From the sequence record OR539219.1: a stretch of 64,000 nucleotides of DNA; one strand, written 5' to 3'. Shown in pieces: positions 50,974 to 60,977 of the stretch. This stretch comes from Escherichia phage vB-Eco-KMB39. Numbering within the stretch: position 1 is the first letter of the stretch; every line of letters starts with the position of its first letter. Below the pieces are notes generated by a model. The model was given only the letters and a program-made list of their open reading frames with translations. It searched no databases and was not told where the DNA came from. A program made the translations under genes and the position numbers.

Positions 50974-53900
50974 ATGGCTACTTTAAAACAAATACAATTT
51001 AAAAGAAGCAAAACTGCAGGAGCACGTCCTGCCGCTTCAGTATTAGCCGAAGGTGAATTGGCTATAAACTTAAAAGACCGTGTACTTTTTACTAAAGATG
51101 ACCAAGGAAATATTATTGATCTGGGTTTTGCTAAAGGCGGTAGTATTGACGGGAATGTTATTCATACAGGCAATTATAACCAAACTGGCGATTATACTTT
51201 AAATGGCGTCTTCACTCAGACTGGTAATTTTAATTTAACTGGTATTGCTCGAGTAACTCGCGATATTATTGCCGCTGGGCAGATTATGACTGAAGGCGGA
51301 GAACTTATTACAAAAAGTTCAGGTACAGCGCATGTTCGTTTTTTCGATAACAATAGTCGCGAACGCGGAATCATTTATGCCCCGGCTAATGATGGTTTAA
51401 CTACACAAGTACTTAATATCAGGGTTCAAGACTACGCCGCTGGTAGCGAAAGCACTTATGCATTTTCAGGCAGTGGACTATTTACTTCACCTGAAGTATC
51501 AGCATGGAAATCTATTTCGTCTCCACAAATTCTGACCAACAAAGTCATTACTAATAATAAATCTACGGGTGATTATGACATCTATTCGATGGCAGACAAT
51601 GTTCCATTGTCTGAAAGCACTACTGCTATTAATCATCTTCGTGTCATGCGTAATGCCGTTGGTTCTGGTATTTTCCATGAAGTTAAAGATAATGATGGAA
51701 TAACTTGGTATGCAGGTGATGGACTTGACACCTATCTTTGGTCATTTACTTGGAGCGGCGGAATTAAATCAAGTCACTCAATTTCTATTGGTTTAACACC
51801 TGGTAATAAAGATTATTCAATATTAGGACCATCTAGTATTGCTTTAGGAGATAATGATACTGGATTTAAATGGCATCAAGATGGATATTATTTTAGCGTT
51901 AATAATGGAACAAAAACGTTTTTATTTAGTCCTAGCGAAACAACTAGCCTAAGAAAATTTGTAGCTGGATATTCTACTAACGGAACCGATTTAACTACTC
52001 CTCCAACTGAAAATTATGCTCTTGCTACTGTCGTGACATACCACGATAATAACGCGTTTGGAGATGGTCAGACTCTTTTAGGATATTATCAAGGCGGTAA
52101 CTATCATCACTATTTCCGCGGCAAGGGTACTACAAACATTAATACTCACGGCGGTTTGTTAGTTACTCCTGGTAATATTGACGTTATTGGTGGTTCTGTT
52201 AATATCGATGGTAGAAATAATGCTTCTACACTGATGTTTAGAGGTAACACAACTGGTAGCAGTTCAGTTGATAATATGACAATTTCCGTGTGGGGTAATA
52301 CCTTTACTAATCCTAGCGAAGGCACCCGTAAAAATGTCATGGAAATTTCTGACGCAACTAGTTGGATGAGCTATATTCAACGAACAACTGCAGGTAAAGT
52401 CGAATCGGTTATAAATGGCACCCAGATTGTTAATGAAAACTTGACAGTAGTAAAAAATGCTACATTTGACGGTACAATCAGCGCAGCCGGTGAAATCGCG
52501 ACAAATGCTGTAAATGGTCTTCGCATTTGGAACGCAGATTATGGAGCTATTTTTAGACGTTCAGAAGGAAGTCTTCATATTATTCCAACTGCTTACGGTG
52601 AAGGTAAATATGGCGATATCGGTCCACTTCGCCCGTTTAGTATGGCTTTAGATACTGGTAAAGTTACTATTCCAGATTTACAATCAAGTTACAATACGTT
52701 CGCTGCTAACGGTTATATTAAATTTGTTGGTCATGGAGCGGGTGCCGGCGGTTATGACATTCAATATGCTCAAGCGGCTCCTATTTTCCAGGAAATTGAT
52801 GATGATGCTGTAAGCAAATATTATCCTATTGTTAAACAGAAGTTTTTAAATGGTAAAGCCGTTTGGTCTTTAGGTACTGAAATTAATTCGGGTACATTCG
52901 TTATTCATCATCTGAAAGAAGATGGTTCACAAGGCCATACGTCTCGTTTTAATCAAGACGGTACTGTTAACTTCCCAGATAACGTTTCTGTCGGCGGCGG
53001 TGAAGCTACTATTGCTCGTAATGGTAACATCTGGTCTGATATCTGGAAAACGTTTACTTCAGCAGGCGACGTAACTAATATTCACGATGCTATTGCTACT
53101 CGCGTTGCCAAAGAAGGCGACACGATGACCGGCACTCTTTGGATTAATAAAGATGCTGCTGGAATAGTTCTTAATCCTCCTTTGACCAGTGATTCATCAT
53201 TTATTCGTTCTGATACGGCCGGGGCCAATAATTGGTATATTGGTAAAGGCGGTGCCGACAATGGTCTAGGTTTTTACAGTTACATTACACAAGGCGGTGT
53301 ATACATAACAAATAACGGTGAAATATCGCTTTCTCCTCAAGGACAAGGAACATTTAATTTTAATAGAGACCGCCTTTATATAAATGCTAGTCAATGGGTT
53401 GCACATAAATCTGGCGCTTGGGGCGACCAATGGGGCTTAGAAGCTCCTGTATTTGTGGATTTTGGTAGCGTTGGTAATGATAGTTATTATCCTATTATCA
53501 AAGGAAAATCTGGTATTACTAACGAAGGATACGTATCCGGTGTAGATTTTGGTATGCGCCGCATCACTAATACATGGGCCCAAGGTATTATTCGTGTAGG
53601 TAACCAGGAAAATGGCTCCGACCCGCAAGCTATCTATGAATTCCACTCTAATGGTACTTTTTATGCTCCGAGCTTACTTAAGAGCAACAGAGTATCGGCT
53701 GGTGGTGGAGACCCTGTATGGACTGGACCATGTATTGTTATCGGCGATAACGACACCGGATTGGTATGGGAAGCAGACGGTATTTTCAACGCATATGCAA
53801 ACGGTCAAGGTGTGTTTAGTTTCCGCGCTGGTCTTGCTCAGACATTTGGCAACGTGTCCCTTAACGTTAACGCCGGTATGTACGTTCGTGATAACATTGA

Positions 53901-54243
53901 TGTTAACGACGTTTATATTCGTTCTGATATTCGTTGTAAGTCAGAAATTAAGCTTATTAAGAACGCTCAAGAGAAATCTAAACTCTTAGGTGGTTATACT
54001 TATCTGCTTAAAAACTCTGTCACAGACGAAGTTAAACCGTCTGCAGGTTTAATTGCTCAGGAAGTTCAAGAAGTATTGCCTGAACTTGTTTCTGAAGATA
54101 AAGAGACCGGCTTACTTCGTTTAAACTATAACGGTATTATCGGTTTAAATACTGCTACTATCAACGAGCATACTGACGAAATCAAGGAATTGAAATCTGA
54201 AATTGCTGAATTGAAAGCATTAATTAAATCATTGATAAAATAA
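50974..54243 (+). CDS. 37: Long tail fibre distal subunit gp37 with C-terminal intramolecular-chaperone-like domain
   Basis: 1089 aa; conserved N-terminus MATLKQIQFKRSKTAGARPAAS...; C-terminal ~106 aa begins SDIRCKSEIK... and ends in coiled coil. Confidence 0.9.
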   Translation: MATLKQIQFKRSKTAGARPAASVLAEGELAINLKDRVLFTKDDQGNIIDLGFAKGGSIDGNVIHTGNYNQTGDYTLNGVFTQTGNFNLTGIARVTRDIIAAGQIMTEGGELITKSSGTAHVRFFDNNSRERGIIYAPANDGLTTQVLNIRVQDYAAGSESTYAFSGSGLFTSPEVSAWKSISSPQILTNKVITNNKSTGDYDIYSMADNVPLSESTTAINHLRVMRNAVGSGIFHEVKDNDGITWYAGDGLDTYLWSFTWSGGIKSSHSISIGLTPGNKDYSILGPSSIALGDNDTGFKWHQDGYYFSVNNGTKTFLFSPSETTSLRKFVAGYSTNGTDLTTPPTENYALATVVTYHDNNAFGDGQTLLGYYQGGNYHHYFRGKGTTNINTHGGLLVTPGNIDVIGGSVNIDGRNNASTLMFRGNTTGSSSVDNMTISVWGNTFTNPSEGTRKNVMEISDATSWMSYIQRTTAGKVESVINGTQIVNENLTVVKNATFDGTISAAGEIATNAVNGLRIWNADYGAIFRRSEGSLHIIPTAYGEGKYGDIGPLRPFSMALDTGKVTIPDLQSSYNTFAANGYIKFVGHGAGAGGYDIQYAQAAPIFQEIDDDAVSKYYPIVKQKFLNGKAVWSLGTEINSGTFVIHHLKEDGSQGHTSRFNQDGTVNFPDNVSVGGGEATIARNGNIWSDIWKTFTSAGDVTNIHDAIATRVAKEGDTMTGTLWINKDAAGIVLNPPLTSDSSFIRSDTAGANNWYIGKGGADNGLGFYSYITQGGVYITNNGEISLSPQGQGTFNFNRDRLYINASQWVAHKSGAWGDQWGLEAPVFVDFGSVGNDSYYPIIKGKSGITNEGYVSGVDFGMRRITNTWAQGIIRVGNQENGSDPQAIYEFHSNGTFYAPSLLKSNRVSAGGGDPVWTGPCIVIGDNDTGLVWEADGIFNAYANGQGVFSFRAGLAQTFGNVSLNVNAGMYVRDNIDVNDVYIRSDIRCKSEIKLIKNAQEKSKLLGGYTYLLKNSVTDEVKPSAGLIAQEVQEVLPELVSEDKETGLLRLNYNGIIGLNTATINEHTDEIKELKSEIAELKALIKSLIK

Positions 54244-54246
54244 TAA

Positions 54247-55056
<810 letters not shown>

Positions 55057-55086
55057 TTTGAATAAATATCCTTAAAAGGAGGGTCT

Positions 55087-55743
55087 ATGGCAGCACCTAG
55101 AATATCATTTTCGCCCTCTGATATTCTATTTGGTGTTCTAGATCGCTTGTTCAAAGATAACGCTACCGGGAAAGTTCTTGCTTCCCGGGTAGCTGTCGTA
55201 ATTCTTTTGTTTATGATGGCGATTGTTTGGTATAGGGGAGATAGTTTCTTTGAGTACTATAAGCAATCAAAGTATGAAACATACAGTGAAATTATTGAAA
55301 AGGAAAGAAATGCACGCTTTGAATCTGTCGCCCTGGAACAACTCCAGATAGTTCACATATCATCTGAGGCAGACTTTAGTGCGGTGTATTCTTTCCGCCC
55401 TAAAAACTTAAACTATTTTGTCGATATTATAGCATATGAAGGAAAATTACCTTCAACAATAAGTGAAAAATCACTTGGAGGATATCCTGTTGATAAAACT
55501 ATGGATGAATATGCAGTTCATTTAAATGGACGTCATTATTATTCCAACTCAAAATTTGCTTTTTTACCAACTAAAAAGCCTACTCCCGAAATAAACTACA
55601 TGTACAGTTGTCCATATTTTAATTTGGATAATATCTATGCTGGAACGATAACCATGTACTGGTATAGAAATGATCATATAAGTAATGACCGCCTTGAATC
55701 AATATGCGCCCAGGCGGCCAGAATATTAGGAAGGGCTAAATAA
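55087..55743 (+). CDS. t: Holin T
   Basis: 218 aa; single N-terminal TMD (VAVVILLFMMAIVWY) and large periplasmic domain; matches recalled T4 holin. Confidence 0.92.
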   Translation: MAAPRISFSPSDILFGVLDRLFKDNATGKVLASRVAVVILLFMMAIVWYRGDSFFEYYKQSKYETYSEIIEKERNARFESVALEQLQIVHISSEADFSAVYSFRPKNLNYFVDIIAYEGKLPSTISEKSLGGYPVDKTMDEYAVHLNGRHYYSNSKFAFLPTKKPTPEINYMYSCPYFNLDNIYAGTITMYWYRNDHISNDRLESICAQAARILGRAK

Positions 55744-56016
55744 TTATTTGTTCGTATACATCTCTAGATATCGATATACACCCTCAAAACCCTCGTTGAA
55801 TTCGTCGATGAGGGTTTTCTTATCTTCTTGAGTTAATTCAGAAACAATTTTACGGAATGAATTCTGATTTAATTTTCTACCTTCATGTGTTACTCCAATC
55901 TCATTCAGAAATGCAATAAAATTAGCACGATTCTCAACAATATCTTCTCTGGAAAATTTAATCAAAATAGACGCAACAGTAATAATTTCACGAACTGTAT
56001 CAATGTTTTTATTCAT
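55744..56016 (-). CDS. asiA: AsiA anti-sigma70 factor
   Basis: 90 aa; MNKNIDTVREIITVASILIKFSREDIVENRANFIAFLNEIGVTHEGRKL... matches recalled T4 AsiA. Confidence 0.93.
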   Translation of the reverse strand: MNKNIDTVREIITVASILIKFSREDIVENRANFIAFLNEIGVTHEGRKLNQNSFRKIVSELTQEDKKTLIDEFNEGFEGVYRYLEMYTNK

Positions 56017-56028
56017 TAACTATACCAC

Positions 56029-56181
56029 TCAATTAGTTGACTTTGTTATAATATCATCAGACGCTTGATTTGTAAACTGGTCTGTGTTATTTTCTTCAAA
56101 AATTTTTTCTACGAATTCCTTGAACGACTCACGTTCCTGAGCTACATTGTGCTCGATTACCTTTTCAAGATTATGACTCAT
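56029..56181 (-). CDS. Small acidic protein between arn and asiA, below ORF-track cutoff
   Basis: Hand-translated 50 aa ORF MSHNLEKVIEHNVAQERESFKEFVEKIFEENNTDQFTNQASDDIITKSTN; ATGA overlap with arn stop. Confidence 0.45.
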   Translation of the reverse strand: MSHNLEKVIEHNVAQERESFKEFVEKIFEENNTDQFTNQASDDIITKSTN

Positions 56182-56456
56182 TCGAAATAATCTTCAATTT
56201 CGTAATCATGGACATAAATCATTATAGTTTTTAATACATCATCAATACTTTTTCCTGGAGCTGGAATTACGTAAAAATATCCTACTTTTGAGAGGTCTTT
56301 ATAAGTTCCAACCAAGAAATCATTATTCTCAAGATGTAGTTCTTCAACTAATTCATTGACAATTGAGTGGTATAAATTTGGTAGAAACTTATATAGCTTT
56401 TCTAGAATATCAATTTTGATTGTATATTGAACCACAGATTGAGAATCAATAATCAT
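56178..56456 (-). CDS. arn: Arn anti-restriction protein (inhibitor of McrBC)
   Basis: 92 aa; MIIDSQSVVQYTIKIDILEKLYKFLPNLYHSIVNELVEELHLENNDFLVG...; acidic. Confidence 0.85.
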   Translation of the reverse strand: MIIDSQSVVQYTIKIDILEKLYKFLPNLYHSIVNELVEELHLENNDFLVGTYKDLSKVGYFYVIPAPGKSIDDVLKTIMIYVHDYEIEDYFE

Positions 56457-56539
56457 AGACCTTCCCCTTATGTTTCTGTTTGCGATTAGATTCTTTAAAC
56501 GCTTTCTTTTTATCCTTATGGACAGAAGCTTTATTAAAA

Positions 56540-56758
56540 TTATGTTTTGCGACTAAATTGTTCATAGTGCTGAATTACCTCTCTCAAACATTTGCATGTG
56601 AATGAAAACTTTTTAGCTACACCACATTCAAATATATGTTCTCTTAAATCACGTGTATCAGTATATCCCATCTCAACAATAAAATGCCTTATTAGATTTT
56701 TATCTTTATCATTGAGAGAATTAAAATAATCAGATTTTGAATTAATTTCCCTGGCCAA
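56540..56758 (-). CDS. Hypothetical protein (arn.x series)
   Basis: 72 aa ORF. Confidence 0.5.
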   Translation of the reverse strand: MAREINSKSDYFNSLNDKDKNLIRHFIVEMGYTDTRDLREHIFECGVAKKFSFTCKCLREVIQHYEQFSRKT

Positions 56759-57038
56759 ATTGAATCACCTTCAGTTGACGTTTTAATTCTTTTATCATTT
56801 CTTCGTTCATCGCAATATAAAGATCGCGTAAAGCAGGTTTTAGCATTCCATTTACCGGAGAACTAAATGGGCATACATAATCTTTTCCTACAAGCTTTTT
56901 GGTAAATTCCATATCACAAAATTTAAATGCCGGCTCATTCGCATAAATTCCCCAATTAGTTGACATCATTTTATTGGCATATTCCAGTGCCTGGATTTGA
57001 TTCATAATTCCATCAATTTGAAACTTTTTAATATTCAT
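56742..57038 (-). CDS. Hypothetical protein (arn.x series)
   Basis: 98 aa ORF. Confidence 0.55.
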   Translation of the reverse strand: MNIKKFQIDGIMNQIQALEYANKMMSTNWGIYANEPAFKFCDMEFTKKLVGKDYVCPFSSPVNGMLKPALRDLYIAMNEEMIKELKRQLKVIQFGQGN

Positions 57039-57499
57039 TAGTAAAGGTCCTCAGAGTAAAGTTCTTTTTCACTACCACCACGTTCAATACGTACTTGTCC
57101 AGCGTAAGTTGCAATAATCATTGCTTCTTCACGTGTCCAATAATTACTATATTGGTCAATAAACCCTTGGTCATCATCACAAACTTGTTGAGTAACTAAT
57201 TGAGGTTTAACTACATCTAAAACTTCGGCCATATCTTTAGAATAATGACGAGCACCTGGAATAATAAGAGTTCGTCCATCTTTTAATTTAAAACGGTTGG
57301 CTGCGCAGACAATTCGTCGTTGATACTTTTGGTTTTCATCCCAATACGCAGTCTGCCAACAGATTTCAGGAACTTCATCTAAAACATTTTGTTCTGTATA
57401 TTCACCGCCGTAAGAAGCTAATTTAGCAGCCAGACTTTCCGGAGTCTCACGTAACAAAGCTTTATCTAACAGAGCTAAACGTTCTTTAAAAGTTTTCAT
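57038..57499 (-). CDS. Hypothetical protein (arn.x series)
   Basis: 153 aa ORF. Confidence 0.6.
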   Translation of the reverse strand: MKTFKERLALLDKALLRETPESLAAKLASYGGEYTEQNVLDEVPEICWQTAYWDENQKYQRRIVCAANRFKLKDGRTLIIPGARHYSKDMAEVLDVVKPQLVTQQVCDDDQGFIDQYSNYWTREEAMIIATYAGQVRIERGGSEKELYSEDLY

Positions 57500-57825
57500 T
57501 TAAACCATCCTTTAATACGTTGCCACAAAGTTTTCTGTTGAGCTTTGTTAACACCAATTGAACGAATAACCGGTTGAGATTCCTGGAATTCTTTATAATC
57601 AGCAAGATAAATTTCGTAAGCTGCATCTGTAAAGGAACTTATCGCTGCCATAAAATTATTGCGAATACCTACTGGAGCATCTTTACTTTCACGAATAATC
57701 ATGTATTTACCAGTCTTAATCTTTACGATAGTTCCAAGATAAGCTCCATGATACCAGATGTCCCAACCCTCTTGAGTAGGTTCTGCACAACGACGAAGTT
57801 CATTGACAATTTCTAACTTGTTCAT
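57496..57825 (-). CDS. Hypothetical protein (arn.x series)
   Basis: 109 aa ORF. Confidence 0.55.
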   Translation of the reverse strand: MNKLEIVNELRRCAEPTQEGWDIWYHGAYLGTIVKIKTGKYMIIRESKDAPVGIRNNFMAAISSFTDAAYEIYLADYKEFQESQPVIRSIGVNKAQQKTLWQRIKGWFK

Positions 57826-57835
57826 TATTTATTCC

Positions 57836-58471
57836 TCACAGTTCAGATGCTACAGTGATTACTGCTTCAATGTTTTCTGCCGAACGTTTAATGTCAAGAT
57901 ACACATTACCGTTTTTAGCGATTTTACAAGACATTCCGATATCGGTAAATTTCTGAATATGATGTTCCATCATTTTGTATCCAAAAATTCGCATGTTTCC
58001 ATTATTGTTAATTTCAAAATTGCGAATTCCGTGAGTGCGTTTTTCTAAAATAGCAAGATAGTTACTGCGGTAAGTTTCAACCTTTTTAAGAACAAATCCA
58101 TTTTCATCTAAAAGTTTTAACATGAGGTCTTTATCTTCTTCCATATCGGAAGTAATCTCACGAGCTTTACGAGTTGCTCGTTTTTTCAGTAGTTCCGGAG
58201 CATTTTCCTGCGCGTATAAAGTTGCTGCATTTGAAATAATATCCTGAGCTTCACCAGTAATGATTAATCCATCACCAGATTTCTCTACCAGGCCTTTTTT
58301 AATCAATACACCAATATTACTATTAACTACTGCGTTACCTAAATCTGGATGCACCTCACGAACTTCTGCAGCTGTAATAAAATCTTTCTTAGCAATGGTA
58401 ATTAAAATCGCAGCAGTTTTTTCATTCAGAACATCGTTAGAAGCTTTGATGATGTAAGTTACTTTAGACAT
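57836..58471 (-). CDS. motA: MotA middle-transcription activator
   Basis: 211 aa; MSKVTYIIKASNDVLNEKTAAILITIAKKDFITAAEVREV... matches recalled T4 MotA. Confidence 0.93.
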   Translation of the reverse strand: MSKVTYIIKASNDVLNEKTAAILITIAKKDFITAAEVREVHPDLGNAVVNSNIGVLIKKGLVEKSGDGLIITGEAQDIISNAATLYAQENAPELLKKRATRKAREITSDMEEDKDLMLKLLDENGFVLKKVETYRSNYLAILEKRTHGIRNFEINNNGNMRIFGYKMMEHHIQKFTDIGMSCKIAKNGNVYLDIKRSAENIEAVITVASEL

Positions 58472-58512
58472 TTTCTAATCTCCGTAATTCTGTATCAGTA
58501 GTTGATAGTTGT

Positions 58513-58541
58513 ATAGTACCACAGTATGCTTTGGTTGTAAA
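58513..58541 (-). promoter_or_regulatory. Sigma70-type phage early promoter for motA (conserved cassette)
   Basis: Minus strand: -35 TTTACA, 17 nt, -10 TACTAT; A/T-rich upstream tract. Confidence 0.65.
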
Positions 58542-58574
58542 CCGTTTTGTGAAAAAAATTTTTGAAATAAAAAA

Positions 58575-58594
58575 GGGAGAGCCGAGGCTCTCCC
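58575..58594 (-). terminator. Intrinsic terminator
   Basis: GGGAGAGCC-GAG-GCTCTCCC; minus-strand hairpin followed by UUUUUU. Confidence 0.65.
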
Positions 58595-58600
58595 TAAAAA

Positions 58601-58750
58601 TTACTGCATGACTGTGATAACTGTCATGATAACACGTTGAATTCCGAACGCAAGAAGACCTCCTGCTACGGCTGGAACAACACCTAAACCCGCCAGTAAA
58701 ATGCTACCGGATACTAATGCAGCGCTTGTAATACCTATGAATGGACTCAT
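58601..58750 (-). CDS. Small hydrophobic membrane protein downstream of gene 52, below ORF-track cutoff
   Basis: Hand-translated 49 aa MSPFIGITSAALVSGSILLAGLGVVPAVAGGLLAFGIQRVIMTVITVMQ; ATGA overlap with gene 52 stop. Confidence 0.5.
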   Translation of the reverse strand: MSPFIGITSAALVSGSILLAGLGVVPAVAGGLLAFGIQRVIMTVITVMQ

Positions 58751-60075
58751 TTGATTTCCTCTAAATCTTTGGTGTATTCTGTAACTACATCAGTAGTTTT
58801 CCAATATTCGTTTTCTTCTTTCTTAGCTTTAGCTTCTTCAGCAAGTTTCTTTGCTTCATCAGAAGTCATATGAAAAATATTCATACCAACTAGTTTATCA
58901 ACATAAGAAGAATACATATCAATTTTAGAAAGTTCTTCAGTCAGTTCTTTACGAGTTTTACCCTGCACGACGATTTCACCTGAAATTACTTTCTTAATGA
59001 AATGCGCCTTGGCAAAGGCTAAACGAAAAGCTGATTCAGTTTCTTTGATTTTGTTATCAATTCGTTTTTGGACATAAGTTTTACGAACTTCAACGAAGTC
59101 TTTGATTAAATCAACTACGTTATCGTAAACTTGTAGTTTTCCTTTCTCATTAATAACCGTAATATTCTGAGAACGACGCTCAATCAACCCGAAGTCTTTC
59201 ATAATTTTTGCGTGGCGTTCTTCTTCATTATCGCTCAAAGAATATTCTTTACGGAATTTAACTTTAAAGCCAAAACCATGCTCACCACAAGCATCATCCC
59301 ATGTAATGAAGCCTTTATCTTCAAGTGGGTCTAAGATTTTACTCACATAAGTTTCACGATCATACTTATACGGAATCTCAGTGATATGCATTTGAGTTCG
59401 TGAAGTAAACTTATATGTTCCACGAATTTCATATTGCCCATCAATTTCAACGACTTCACCACGAAATTCTGGGAATTCTACCTTCGGTTTAGTTACTTTC
59501 TTTCCTTGAAGAGCTTGTAATACAGCTTTCTTAACAGAAGAAACACTATGAGGAAGAATGTAAGTTGCATAACCAGTTGCAATACCGGAAATACCATTAA
59601 GAAGAACAGTAGGAATAATAGGCAAATAGAAAGCAGGCGGAATGTGTTCTTTATCTTGATGTACCGGAGCATATTCAGTATCTTTATATACGCTATAGAA
59701 ATTTTTACTTACACGAGCAAAAATATAACGACTTGCCGCTGCTTTTTGAACGGTACGAGAACCAAAGTTTCCTTGACCATCTAACAAAGGAAAGTTATTA
59801 TTCCAAGTATTAGCCATCAAAGCCCCCGCGTCTTGTGCAGAGTTTTCGCCATGATGATATCCAAGGTCCGCTACACCACCTGCAATAGAAGCGAGTTTGT
59901 GAAACTTATCTTTATTCCCTCGTGCCAAATCAAGAGCTCGAGCAATAACAAATCGTTGAACTGGCTTAAATCCATCAATCATATTTGGAATAGCACGATT
60001 TTCAACCGTGTACATAGCATAAGCCAATGCTTCATTATCAATGATACTTTTTAAATCGCGATTATTCAGTTGCAT
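58747..60075 (-). CDS. 52: DNA topoisomerase II medium subunit gp52
   Basis: 442 aa (same as T4 gp52); GyrA-like N-terminal region with candidate catalytic tyrosine. Confidence 0.9.
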   Translation of the reverse strand: MQLNNRDLKSIIDNEALAYAMYTVENRAIPNMIDGFKPVQRFVIARALDLARGNKDKFHKLASIAGGVADLGYHHGENSAQDAGALMANTWNNNFPLLDGQGNFGSRTVQKAAASRYIFARVSKNFYSVYKDTEYAPVHQDKEHIPPAFYLPIIPTVLLNGISGIATGYATYILPHSVSSVKKAVLQALQGKKVTKPKVEFPEFRGEVVEIDGQYEIRGTYKFTSRTQMHITEIPYKYDRETYVSKILDPLEDKGFITWDDACGEHGFGFKVKFRKEYSLSDNEEERHAKIMKDFGLIERRSQNITVINEKGKLQVYDNVVDLIKDFVEVRKTYVQKRIDNKIKETESAFRLAFAKAHFIKKVISGEIVVQGKTRKELTEELSKIDMYSSYVDKLVGMNIFHMTSDEAKKLAEEAKAKKEENEYWKTTDVVTEYTKDLEEIK

Positions 60076-60079
60076 AAAT

Positions 60080-60220
60080 TTACCATACTAGTGAATGTAG
60101 TGCCATAATAACATCAGAAATGAAAAGCACGACTTGAATTAATCCGAACATTACTCCATAATATAGTGCTACTAATAAAGTAGCAAGGGCTAATGAATAG
60201 CCCAAGATTTTCTTAATCAT
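60080..60220 (-). CDS. Small hydrophobic membrane peptide, below ORF-track cutoff
   Basis: Hand-translated 46 aa MIKKILGYSLALATLLVALYYGVMFGLIQVVLFISDVIMALHSLVW. Confidence 0.45.
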   Translation of the reverse strand: MIKKILGYSLALATLLVALYYGVMFGLIQVVLFISDVIMALHSLVW

Positions 60221-60371
60221 TAGTAGATAACAACACAAATGTTAAATATGCACACATACCCTGAGCTAAAGCTTGCGAAAACACACTGCTGGCATCAATA
60301 CAGATAGTTAAAACACATGCTACTATCCAACAAATAAATGAAATAACTCCTAATAATTTTGCAATATTCAT
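60213..60371 (-). CDS. ac: Small membrane protein, probable Ac (acridine sensitivity)
   Basis: Hand-translated 52 aa MNIAKLLGVISFICWIVACVLTICIDASSVFSQALAQGMCAYLTFVLLSTND; position between 52 and stp; T4 ac is ~51 aa. Confidence 0.5.
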   Translation of the reverse strand: MNIAKLLGVISFICWIVACVLTICIDASSVFSQALAQGMCAYLTFVLLSTND

Positions 60372-60378
60372 ATTTTCC

Positions 60379-60459
60379 TCACTGGCGTCCGAAGACGCCT
60401 TTAGTTTTAAGATTGTTACGATAGAACTGCATCACATGTTCGTTATGGAAATTACTCAT
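60379..60459 (-). CDS. stp: Stp peptide (activator of host PrrC anticodon nuclease)
   Basis: Hand-translated 26 aa [26 protein letters not shown], matching the recalled T4 Stp; start overlaps ndd stop (TAATG). Confidence 0.8.
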
Positions 60460-60917
60460 TAATATGCCTGCAAAACGAATTTAAAATTATCAGCCAACAT
60501 ACGGTTCATTTCTTCAAGTGTTTGATACTCAGAATGATGATTACGAGTAAACGCTAAAGATAACTGTCCTTTTCCAAATCCCGTCGTCAGAGGTTTCATC
60601 TTAGAAGCAGGCAGATAAAATACTGTGTATGGAACATTGTTATTTGCAATAGTACGTGCAAGCTGAGACCGACGTTGACGAATATGACTTAGAACTGCAC
60701 TGAATCCTTGCTTAGAACGCTGATTACCTACATAAAATCGTGCAGACACACATGGATTACTAAATGGACGACCATCTAATTTACTCACTAAAAAGTAAAA
60801 TCCAGGTTTAGATAAAAAGTCTTTATGTGGAACTCCCAAAAACCATTCACCGCCCTTGATTGTGCCAATAACAGTAGCGCCTGCATTATTCAGATCAGTA
60901 ACAGTCATGTATTTCAT
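60459..60917 (-). CDS. ndd: Ndd nucleoid disruption protein
   Basis: 152 aa from ATG at 60917 ([45 protein letters not shown]...). Confidence 0.88.
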
Positions 60918-60977
60918 ATTAATTTCCTCTAAATTATTTTCTACTCCAAGGCCGCATGAATACACACGGCCATTAAA

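Noticed and set aside
56450-56566. 38 aa basic minus-strand ORF (MNNLVAKHNFNKASVHKDKKK...) between arn and the next gene
   Set aside because: Overlaps the 72 aa ORF at 56540-56758 in another frame and lacks a clear RBS; insufficient evidence to call
60384-60399. GGCGTC-CGAA-GACGCC hairpin considered as a terminator
   Set aside because: It lies within the last codons of stp and is not followed by a U-run on the transcribed strand; more likely a coding-region RNA structure
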